DNA of 64,000 nucleotides from a virus (Duplodnaviria; Caudoviricetes): IMG/VR virus record IMGVR_UViG_3300032227_000993; one strand, 5' to 3'. Shown piece by piece: positions 38,391 to 45,204 of this stretch (position 1 is its first letter; each line of letters starts with the position of its first letter). The notes under the pieces were generated by a model. It saw only the letters and a program-made list of their open reading frames with translations, ran no database searches and was not told where the DNA came from. The position numbers and the translations under genes were made by a program.

Positions 38391-38519
38391 TTATTTGGCC
38401 TGCTCTTGGATGACCGTTTTGGTTTGGTCAATACCTTTATCTACCATTCGAGCGATGCCACTTAGCCCTACGGATGAGATAGCGATACCAACAACTACTC
38501 CTACCAAAAACTTAGTCAT
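38391..38519 (-). CDS. Small membrane protein
   Basis: RBS GAGGAG before ATG 38519; N-terminal TM helix. Confidence 0.55.
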   Translation of the reverse strand: MTKFLVGVVVGIAISSVGLSGIARMVDKGIDQTKTVIQEQAK

Positions 38520-38658
38520 TGTCTGTCTCCTCTTGTTGTTCAACAATGTAATTGATATCGTACTTGGCGCACCAATCTGCGTACTCACGCTCGAATTGGG
38601 CATATTCCTTTCGGTCCAATTCAGAATCGGTCAACTTCTTTTCTTTTAATTGGGTCAT
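38512..38658 (-). CDS. Small acidic hypothetical protein (48 aa, not in ORF track)
   Basis: MTQLKEKKLTDSELDRKEYAQFEREYADWCAKYDINYIVEQQEETDND; TAATG coupling. Confidence 0.5.
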   Translation of the reverse strand: MTQLKEKKLTDSELDRKEYAQFEREYADWCAKYDINYIVEQQEETDND

Positions 38659-38837
38659 TATGCTACCTCTTTCTGTTCTTCGATTAATTTGTGTGCCAAA
38701 TTCAATGCCATCATAACACCTAAGAAAACTAATCTACGCTCTTTATCGTCACCAGTACAATTTTGAGTCATTTCCATTAGTTCGTCAAAACTATTTGGTG
38801 TAGCAAATAAACCACTACGTGGAATTGGGTTTGTCAT
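38658..38837 (-). CDS. Hypothetical protein
   Basis: TAATG-coupled ORF. Confidence 0.55.
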   Translation of the reverse strand: MTNPIPRSGLFATPNSFDELMEMTQNCTGDDKERRLVFLGVMMALNLAHKLIEEQKEVA

Positions 38838-39223
38838 TATTTTGTCCTCACGTAAGGTTTGTTCCAAGCACCAACATGGATATCGAAATAATATGCTGTG
38901 TCAAAGTAATCTGTCATAGCATCAGAGCGATCATACCATCCTTCGCCTTTACGGAAGCCTTCGCCACGACTTGGAGCAGTCTTGACAATGTCAACCACTT
39001 CACGCAAGAACTTTTCATGCGGACCATAGTTGCCCAAATGGTATTGATTAATTTGAATGTAGCCGCGACCGTTGGGATCAACAAAGTCTGCCGGACCACT
39101 TTTAATAGTTACTCCCACTGACAAACTGCCAGCGCCTTTGCGTACACCAAACTTGAATTTAGGAAACTTTTCTTTAAGTTCCTTACGAATTTGTGCTACG
39201 TCTTGAGCATTAATGTAAGCCAT
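38837..39223 (-). CDS. LPD29-like (large polyvalent protein-associated) domain protein
   Basis: IRKELKEKFPKFKFGVR...SGP...DAMTDYFD pattern. Confidence 0.55.
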   Translation of the reverse strand: MAYINAQDVAQIRKELKEKFPKFKFGVRKGAGSLSVGVTIKSGPADFVDPNGRGYIQINQYHLGNYGPHEKFLREVVDIVKTAPSRGEGFRKGEGWYDRSDAMTDYFDTAYYFDIHVGAWNKPYVRTK

Positions 39224-39230
39224 CTTTTAA

Positions 39231-39350
39231 CTCCTTTTTATTAACTATGCTGCTAGTATAGCAAAAAAGGATTTAATGGTCAACCGTTTGGTAAACCCGC
39301 AAAAAAGCCCCGGTTACAGGGCTTTAGAGTGTTGTTTTTAGACAACAGAT
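39231..39350 (-). repeat. Terminator plus operator-like inverted repeat plus sigma70 promoter cassette, copy 1
   Basis: TGTTGT-N6-ACAACA, hairpin AAAGCCC..GGGCTTT plus U-tract, TTGACC-N17-TATACT, 27-bp leader identical to 63571-63597. Confidence 0.85.
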
Positions 39351-40333
39351 ACTAGATTTCGTTTGAATATACGCCAGCACTCAGCCCAGGTCCATTTTTG
39401 GCTGGCTTTTTTAATCCGATCATTGTTTAGGGCTAAACAGTTGCGAACGGACTGTGCTAGGTCGGTATCTAGGTATCCTGTGACACCATTTTTGATGATG
39501 TCAATGGGTCCTGCTACAGGATAGGCAGCCACTGGACAGCCTTGAGCTAGTGCTTCGATGATGACTACTCCAAAGGTGTCAGCCACACTAGGAAACACAA
39601 ACACATCAGCCAGGGCATATTGATCAACCAAGTCTTGACCATGCAGATACCCTAAGAACTCGGCTCGAGGCAATTTGCGTTCTAGTTCGGCACGATACGG
39701 ACCATCGCCCACTATGATTAGGTCATAGTCGTCTTGAAACTGAATCAAATCGTCCAGTCCTTTTTCTTTTGATAGTCTACCCACTGACAATAACCTTGGG
39801 CGAGTGCGGTAAGTGCTTCGAGCTACTCGAGGTTGGATAGTTCTATCCGCACCACGAGTCCATACTACAAGATTCTTAAATCCACGACTTTCAAGATCAA
39901 CTCGCATACTTTCTGTGGTAACTAGAACACGCTCACTGTGGCGATGGAACCAACGCATATACCAATAGGTCCAGGCCACAGGAATACCATACAACTTGTT
40001 TAGGAATTCAGGAAACTTGGTATGGTAACTGGTGTTGTAGGGAATACGGTTGCGTTCGCACCACCAACGAGCAAACAGGCCTACTGGGCCTTCTGTAGCG
40101 ATGTGAATATAATCCGGCTGTATCGCCTTAATTTTTTTACTGATACCATGCGGCCAGCACAAGCGAACTTCAGGATAACCAGGGCAAGCACAATTAGGGA
40201 ACTGCCCGGGATCACAATAAACAATACGATACCCAGCGCGGCCAGCATGATCTTCCAGGTTCTTGAAAGTTGTGACCACTCCGTTGACTTGATGTCGTAC
40301 ATTGTCTGTGATTACGAGGATTGTTTTTGGCAT
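39338..40333 (-). CDS. agt: GT4 glycosyltransferase, Agt-like diacylglycerol glycosyltransferase
   Basis: ITDN..HQVNGVVTT, HIATEGPVG, YHTKFPE, VGRLSKEKG, FPSVADTFGVVIIEALAQG; next to plcP. Confidence 0.75.
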   Translation of the reverse strand: MPKTILVITDNVRHQVNGVVTTFKNLEDHAGRAGYRIVYCDPGQFPNCACPGYPEVRLCWPHGISKKIKAIQPDYIHIATEGPVGLFARWWCERNRIPYNTSYHTKFPEFLNKLYGIPVAWTYWYMRWFHRHSERVLVTTESMRVDLESRGFKNLVVWTRGADRTIQPRVARSTYRTRPRLLSVGRLSKEKGLDDLIQFQDDYDLIIVGDGPYRAELERKLPRAEFLGYLHGQDLVDQYALADVFVFPSVADTFGVVIIEALAQGCPVAAYPVAGPIDIIKNGVTGYLDTDLAQSVRNCLALNNDRIKKASQKWTWAECWRIFKRNLVSVV

Positions 40334-40488
40334 GAGGTAGTTATCTTAAAAGAGTCAAACTTTAACCAATATTTTACACTTTGTTGGGCCTGAACGCAAG
40401 CCTGTTCGGTGGCAAATTCAATAGTCATTCTACCCGGCACGTCTTTTGGATTGTTTATGTTTACTGCTAGTATTATCAACAGCCACAT
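40312..40488 (-). CDS. Small exported/membrane protein (58 aa, not in ORF track)
   Basis: RBS GGAG; MWLLIILAVN...C...C; fills the gap between plcP and agt. Confidence 0.5.
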   Translation of the reverse strand: MWLLIILAVNINNPKDVPGRMTIEFATEQACVQAQQSVKYWLKFDSFKITTSCQKQSS

Positions 40489-41242
40489 CGTCTGTCTCCT
40501 TGGTCCAGGTTACAATTTCCCAGGATCCATTATGATTCTCGACCAGGGCAGTCATGGATTCTACCCAATCTCCATCGTTCATGTAAGTAATGCCATCTAT
40601 GGTTTTAATTTCTGCATGATGTATGTGTCCGCAAATCACACCATCATAGCCACGCTTACGACAATAAACAACAAGATTTTTTTCAAATTGAAATACAAAG
40701 TCTGCGGCTTTTTTTACGCGACCTTTGAGATACTTGCTCAAACTCCAGTAGCCAAAGCCCATACGATGACGTATCCAATTGAATTTGCTATTAAGACCCA
40801 GCACAAAGTCGTAGGCTTTGTCACCTAGGAAAGCCAGCCAAGGAGCAAGACGTGTAATGCCATCAAACAAGTCACCATGAGTGACCAGATAGTGTTTAGT
40901 GTCTACACCAATATGTTCTGCTTGATTTACCACTTCAATCAGGCCAAAGCCAATGCCTAAGGGTATTAATGGGCGAAGGAATTCGTCGTGATTGCCTGCC
41001 ACATACACCACACGGGTTCCACGTTTGGCGTGGCCCATGACTCGACGAACCACATTGGTATGGCTTTGTTTCCAACGCCACTTGTTCTGTTGAATACGCC
41101 AGGCATCAATGATGTCGCCTACAAGATACAATGTTTCGCAGGTGTTGTGCTTGAGAAAATTATTAAGCGCCTCGGCTTTGCAGTCACGAGTACCTAAGTG
41201 AACATCTGAGATAAAAATTGATCGGTAAGTTTTCTCTGGCAT
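40430..41242 (-). CDS. plcP: PlcP-like metallophosphoesterase (phospholipase C; often annotated UDP-2,3-diacylglucosamine hydrolase)
   Basis: SDVHLG, VGDIID, GNHD (not the LpxH GNRD), HGDLFD, CGHIH, YMNDGDWVES. Confidence 0.8.
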   Translation of the reverse strand: MPEKTYRSIFISDVHLGTRDCKAEALNNFLKHNTCETLYLVGDIIDAWRIQQNKWRWKQSHTNVVRRVMGHAKRGTRVVYVAGNHDEFLRPLIPLGIGFGLIEVVNQAEHIGVDTKHYLVTHGDLFDGITRLAPWLAFLGDKAYDFVLGLNSKFNWIRHRMGFGYWSLSKYLKGRVKKAADFVFQFEKNLVVYCRKRGYDGVICGHIHHAEIKTIDGITYMNDGDWVESMTALVENHNGSWEIVTWTKETDDVAVDNTSSKHKQSKRRAG

Positions 41243-41275
41243 AGCAATATTTAAGCAAATACCAGAGAAAACCCT

Positions 41276-41293
41276 GTTACACTTGTGTTACAC
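41276..41293 (-). promoter_or_regulatory. Pho-box-like direct repeat upstream of plcP
   Basis: GTGTAAC-ACAA-GTGTAAC, 11-bp period, plus a weak third unit TTTTCTC. Confidence 0.5.
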
Positions 41294-41446
41294 CGTAACT
41301 ACGTGCCATTTTGAATCAAATGTTTTGCCTTGGGCCCGGTGTTTAAAGATTTTGGCAAACTCTTTTTTCTTGAGTTCTTGAACCTTTTTGACGTCGTGGT
41401 CAAGACAAGCCTTGTACATTTTGGCAACCAATTTCTTCTGTTTCAT
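41288..41446 (-). CDS. Small basic protein (52 aa, not in ORF track)
   Basis: RBS AGGAGG; MKQKKLVAKMYKACLDHDVKKVQELKKKEFAKIFKHRAQGKTFDSKWHVVTV. Confidence 0.6.
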   Translation of the reverse strand: MKQKKLVAKMYKACLDHDVKKVQELKKKEFAKIFKHRAQGKTFDSKWHVVTV

Positions 41447-41470
41447 AGCCTATCCTCCTTTTGTAATAAT

Positions 41471-41499
41471 ACTGTAACATAGTATGTATCAAAAGTCAA
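41471..41499 (-). promoter_or_regulatory. Sigma70-type promoter
   Basis: TTGACT-N17-TACAGT. Confidence 0.6.
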
Positions 41500-41518
41500 C
41501 CAGAAAATTGTGACAAAG

Positions 41519-41539
41519 AAAAAGGACCGAAGTCCTTTT
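41519..41539. terminator. Rho-independent terminator, probably bidirectional
   Basis: AAAAAGGAC-CGAA-GTCCTTTT (UUCG loop on minus strand). Confidence 0.85.
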
Positions 41540-41605
41540 GGGTTCTGGTTACGAGCTCCAGAGACACTCTATCTTTGTGTCCGGTTAAGTTATTTAAGAT
41601 GTAAA

Positions 41606-41905
41606 TTATGACAATCGTATTACTGCCATCAATGCCTCTTGATGATTCCAAAATGCCCAATACCAACGTTGATGTGTATCATTGTCCAAAAATACTGCCC
41701 GGGTTTGATAGCCCAGATCATTGATGCGGTTATCCATGGCTTCCCAGTTGGTAAATCTTTTGTCACCCGCAATACGATTGCGATCCACAGGATCTACTAC
41801 CAGCACACTATCCGGTGGATTGTTCACAAAACAATTTTGTTGCCGTTCTTTCTCGTAGTAAGGAATGTGCAGGTTTAACCAGTCCTGCCAAGCTATTACC
41901 TGCAC
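41606..41905 (-). CDS. Hypothetical protein
   Basis: ORF. Confidence 0.5.
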   Translation of the reverse strand: MQVIAWQDWLNLHIPYYEKERQQNCFVNNPPDSVLVVDPVDRNRIAGDKRFTNWEAMDNRINDLGYQTRAVFLDNDTHQRWYWAFWNHQEALMAVIRLS

Positions 41906-41919
41906 TATCCTGTACCTGA

Positions 41920-42357
41920 TTAAGAGTTAGCTTTGTGAGCTTCTAATGTCTTGGTGAACTTGTTGGCATGACTGCGTTCTGCTTTGGCCAAGGTTTCAAA
42001 CCAGTCAGCAACTTCGTCAAAGCCTTCGTCACGTGCTGTCTTGGCCATACCTGGGTACATATCTGTGTACTCATGTGTTTCGCCTGAGATAGCAGCTTCC
42101 AATGCTTCGGTAACTGTTTTAGCTGGCATACCTGTGCCTGGCTCACCTGCTCCGCCTTCGATCAAATATTCCATGTGACCGTGTGCGTGACCAGTTTCGC
42201 CTTCTGCTGTAGAACGAAATACTGCGGCTACATCTGGTGCGCCAGCGATATCGGCCATGTTCGCGAAATACAAATAACGACGGTTGGCTTGGCTTTCACC
42301 AGCAAATGCTTCTTTCAAACTTTCTTCGGTACGTGTACCTTTGATACTTTTTGCCAT
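41920..42357 (-). CDS. rbr: Rubrerythrin (di-iron domain only)
   Basis: [36 protein letters not shown] di-iron ligands. Confidence 0.92.
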   Translation of the reverse strand: MAKSIKGTRTEESLKEAFAGESQANRRYLYFANMADIAGAPDVAAVFRSTAEGETGHAHGHMEYLIEGGAGEPGTGMPAKTVTEALEAAISGETHEYTDMYPGMAKTARDEGFDEVADWFETLAKAERSHANKFTKTLEAHKANS

Positions 42358-42380
42358 TTTACTTCTCCTTTGTTAAAAAA

Positions 42381-42509
42381 TTATTGTAACACATATTCAT
42401 CTTTATAGCAACCACATTCGGGACAGATATGATTGTCCGACAGTTCGGCAAATACGCCTTCGATTGCTTCATCATGAACATGACCACATACTTGACATAC
42501 GTAATTCAT
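42381..42509 (-). CDS. rub: Rubredoxin (42 aa, not in ORF track)
   Basis: MNYVCQVCGHVHDEAIEGVFAELSDNHICPECGCYKDEYVLQ; two CxxCG knuckles; RBS GGA. Confidence 0.85.
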   Translation of the reverse strand: MNYVCQVCGHVHDEAIEGVFAELSDNHICPECGCYKDEYVLQ

Positions 42510-42583
42510 AGTTTTTTCCTTTTGATTAATTGTGCTGCTGAATAATATTGTACTATTATTTACACTATTAGTCTACAGTTTTT

Positions 42584-42600
42584 AATAGGAATTATCTATT
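42584..42600. promoter_or_regulatory. LysR/OxyR-like palindrome upstream of rubredoxin-rubrerythrin
   Basis: AATAG-N7-CTATT (ATAG-N7-CTAT). Confidence 0.45.
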
Positions 42601-42829
42601 AACTTGCGAATATTTTTTAATGGCCAAAGAAAAAGGGCATTAGCCCCATTTCTCATGATACCGTTCCAAAGCCCGTTTGCGGGCCAAAACTAATCTAAGT
42701 TTAATTTCGTCTGATAGGTCTTTACCAACAACCTGTCCTGTGATATTAACTAATTCAGGACGACGATAACCAATCTGAAACTCTGGACGTTCGTCATAGT
42801 AGTCATCGTCGTTGTCCTCAAGGCGAAGA

Positions 42830-43009
42830 TTACTTAGCGGCTTTAACTTCCTTGGCAGGTGCTGTTTTGGCTTCGCTTTTTGCAGGCACAGTCACCTTGG
42901 CCGGTGCTGTGGCAGCAGGCTTGACTTCTTCTTTCTTGGCCGGTGCTGGATCTGCGGCAAAAGCTGTCAATGCAAATGCGGATGCTACGATTGTGATCAA
43001 TTGTTTCAT
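42830..43009 (-). CDS. Small exported Ala/Lys/Pro-rich protein (Asr-like composition, 59 aa, not in ORF track)
   Basis: Signal peptide MKQLITIVASAFALTAFA then ADPAPAKKEEVKPAATAPAK...; RBS AAGGA. Confidence 0.7.
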   Translation of the reverse strand: MKQLITIVASAFALTAFAADPAPAKKEEVKPAATAPAKVTVPAKSEAKTAPAKEVKAAK

Positions 43010-43164
43010 TTTGTATTTCCTTTTAGGTTAAGTATGCTGGAGTGATTACAACGACCACTTCTACGTTTATCGCAATTAGGACATTTCATTCGTAAGTTAC
43101 ACTCATTTACTGAGTAACCTGGTCGAGAGTTGGTTTTTTGCGGTTTGTTATTGGTGATTGTCAT
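43006..43164 (-). CDS. Possible leader ORF (52 aa, CxxC-x7-CxH) inside the structured RNA
   Basis: RBS AGGAGG; TGA overlaps the downstream ATG. Confidence 0.35.
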   Translation of the reverse strand: MTITNNKPQKTNSRPGYSVNECNLRMKCPNCDKRRSGRCNHSSILNLKGNTK

Positions 43165-43182
43165 AATGCCTCCTAGCATACT
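43031..43182 (-). ncRNA. Candidate rod-like structured RNA (~150 nt)
   Basis: 43153-43182 pairs with 43031-43059 (about 25 bp including several G-U pairs); central CGCAA/TTGCG stem; apical GTTACTCA-GTAAA-TGAGTGTAAC hairpin. Confidence 0.6.
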
Positions 43183-43242
43183 ATATTAACGCTTAAGAGT
43201 TTGATTAAGTTGACACAATTTGGCAATATTGTTCAAATATTT

Positions 43243-43434
43243 TTAGTGTACTGGATTGCCTTCAAATCCTTCAAAAACAGAACAGCCACGCTCAGCGGCC
43301 ATATCCATCAGTTTTTCCATGGCAGCATCTGCTACCAACTCAAACATCTCGTCAATTTCATCTTGAGTCAAATGTTCTTCACCAATCTGTCCCTTGAATA
43401 CAGCTTCTGCTACCATCAGTCTATCTTCAGTCAT
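43243..43434 (-). CDS. Hypothetical acidic protein
   Basis: ATG 43434 coupled to upstream ORF. Confidence 0.55.
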   Translation of the reverse strand: MTEDRLMVAEAVFKGQIGEEHLTQDEIDEMFELVADAAMEKLMDMAAERGCSVFEGFEGNPVH

Positions 43435-43606
43435 TTTGGATCTCTCGGAATCTTTCACTAAATGCTTCTAACAAACAGGAGTATTCTTGTTTGGTAGCTT
43501 CATTCTCATAGTAAACAGTCAAGCCCACTGGAGTTTGAACTACTTCGTTAACTGTAAAAATATTGTCTTGCCCGTCGGTAAAACGTGTTTTGTATGGTGT
43601 TGTCAT
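43427..43606 (-). CDS. Hypothetical protein (59 aa, not in ORF track)
   Basis: MTTPYKTRFTDGQDNIFTV...; TAATG coupling. Confidence 0.55.
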   Translation of the reverse strand: MTTPYKTRFTDGQDNIFTVNEVVQTPVGLTVYYENEATKQEYSCLLEAFSERFREIQND

Positions 43607-43956
43607 TATTGTGCCCGTGCCAATCTTGCGGCTCGGTGATTTTCCCAGCTGGCATTGAGATCCGGCGCTTTGTTCATGACAAGGTCATAGAAGCGATCAT
43701 TAATACCATGCAGGCCAATTTCTTCAGACTTTTCATAAAAGTTGTAGTCTACGGTCCATTTAGGAATAATAGTTACCTGCGCCTCGCCATCATGTAGGAT
43801 AGGTAACTGTTGCCATTGAAATAACAAACGCTTTACATTGTTGGCCCAATAAACTTTGGCCCACATGGACTTTGATTCATTTTCCATTTTACGAGCATGG
43901 TCTAACCTATTGCCCAAAACTTCCATTTCTTCACCAAAATAACGATATGATTTCAT
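43606..43956 (-). CDS. Hypothetical phage protein
   Basis: RBS GGAG; downstream of a sigma70 promoter. Confidence 0.6.
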   Translation of the reverse strand: MKSYRYFGEEMEVLGNRLDHARKMENESKSMWAKVYWANNVKRLLFQWQQLPILHDGEAQVTIIPKWTVDYNFYEKSEEIGLHGINDRFYDLVMNKAPDLNASWENHRAARLARAQ

Positions 43957-43984
43957 TGTGACTCCTTGTTAACTCAATAAAAAT

Positions 43985-44013
43985 ATTTTACGACAAAATA
44001 GATTTTGTGTCAA
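43985..44013 (-). promoter_or_regulatory. Sigma70-type promoter
   Basis: TTGACA-N17-TAAAAT. Confidence 0.75.
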
Positions 44014-44015
44014 CC

Positions 44016-44261
44016 TTATGACCATTTAAGCACAAAGGCAAAGTAGTCTTTGCCGTCGTCAAAATAGAATATGTACCGCCCAGGGCGGGCATAGCTGGAA
44101 GGCTCAATCAACTGCCAGCGCCATTCCTTGACCATTTCTGCCTTGGACCATGTTAATACTTCTTCAATCACACCATAGGGTTTGATTATTTCGCAGGCGT
44201 AGTTAAAGCTATCTCGTTCTCGTATATGGTATTGGTCATCGGCCAGTGCTGTCATTAACAT
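44016..44261 (-). CDS. Small phage protein (YxFxF..xxDxxxFxLKWS type)
   Basis: Coupled ORF. Confidence 0.55.
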   Translation of the reverse strand: MLMTALADDQYHIRERDSFNYACEIIKPYGVIEEVLTWSKAEMVKEWRWQLIEPSSYARPGRYIFYFDDGKDYFAFVLKWS

Positions 44262-44512
44262 TAGGTGGCTACCTCACTGAATCTCAATCTAAAAATCAAG
44301 GCATCGGCAGCTGATTCAAATATCCATATCATCCTTTCTGCGGATATGTCGGTAATGTATCTTTCTCCAGGCAACCCAAATTGTTCAATTCCATAAATGC
44401 AAAGTTGATCCCAATAGTCCATTGAGTCAGGCCCTTGACCCCAACGCACAGTCACAGGATAGGCATATTTAGGATCTGTCAATGTAGGTCCGTTTAATGT
44501 AATCTTCGGCAT
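44261..44512 (-). CDS. Small phage protein, similar C-terminal pattern to its neighbour
   Basis: WIFESAADALIFRLRFS ending. Confidence 0.55.
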   Translation of the reverse strand: MPKITLNGPTLTDPKYAYPVTVRWGQGPDSMDYWDQLCIYGIEQFGLPGERYITDISAERMIWIFESAADALIFRLRFSEVAT

Positions 44513-44720
44513 TGAGCCAACTGAACTCATAGTACAGTATATTATCTGTTATGCCAAAGTAGTTGCAAAAACTTTGGCCGTAGCGAAGTCCTTTCATGAT
44601 ATCAAAGGATGCGGCTTTTTGCCACTGTTCAAATTCGGTCACTGTGATACTCCGAGCTGGTTGCCAGTTGCGTGTGCCTGCTTCGTTTGCCAAATGCTCA
44701 AATACGTTATGACCAAACAT
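44469..44720 (-). CDS. Hypothetical phage protein
   Basis: RBS GGAAGG before ATG 44720; GLRYGQSFCNYF motif. Confidence 0.5.
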   Translation of the reverse strand: MFGHNVFEHLANEAGTRNWQPARSITVTEFEQWQKAASFDIMKGLRYGQSFCNYFGITDNILYYEFSWLNAEDYIKRTYIDRS

Positions 44721-45204
44721 CGTTGCCTTCCAAGTCCACTTCAATCCATGTGTAATCGCCCAACCACTTGACGCGGCAAATATACTCGTAATATTCCGGC
44801 GGGGTAGTAGTCCACTCGTGCGGTCCTGTCTGTACCAGTATTGTGCCACCACGTCTGCTATCACGTGCTAACCAATAACATTGCCCGTGATAGATTTGGA
44901 ATGTGTATTTGGCCGCGTGTACCAAGTCTGTAATATCTACTCGCTTGCGTACTTCATCAGCTTGGCGTTGCAGCACCGACACCAACTCCATGATACGCTT
45001 GTACTCTTGGTTGGCGAACATTCTCGAAACATTCACCATAATGTCTTTTTGTTTTGTAATAGGAATCAAATCAAATGCTGGTCCACCAACTTCGGTAGGA
45101 TAAGGTGTCACATTCTTGTTGAAGAACTGGATCAACTCTCCAGAGCTGGTGCTGTCATAGCTGTCTCTACCGTCAGCTGAGTTGGGTTTGTCTTTGTTGC
45201 TCAT
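44707..45204 (-). CDS. DUF2452-like protein
   Basis: PYPTEVGGPAF, QEYKRIMELVSVLQRQA, GQCYWL, WLGDYTW. Confidence 0.55.
   Translation of the reverse strand: MSNKDKPNSADGRDSYDSTSSGELIQFFNKNVTPYPTEVGGPAFDLIPITKQKDIMVNVSRMFANQEYKRIMELVSVLQRQADEVRKRVDITDLVHAAKYTFQIYHGQCYWLARDSRRGGTILVQTGPHEWTTTPPEYYEYICRVKWLGDYTWIEVDLEGNDVWS

Noticed and set aside
40430-41242. LpxH (lipid A biosynthesis) annotation
   Set aside because: Has GNHD rather than GNRD and is paired with an Agt-like GT4, which fits PlcP better.
41519-41590. tmRNA fragment or HDV-like/theta ribozyme
   Set aside because: No tRNA-like ends or tag ORF, and the stems are sequential hairpins rather than the nested double pseudoknot of HDV-like ribozymes.
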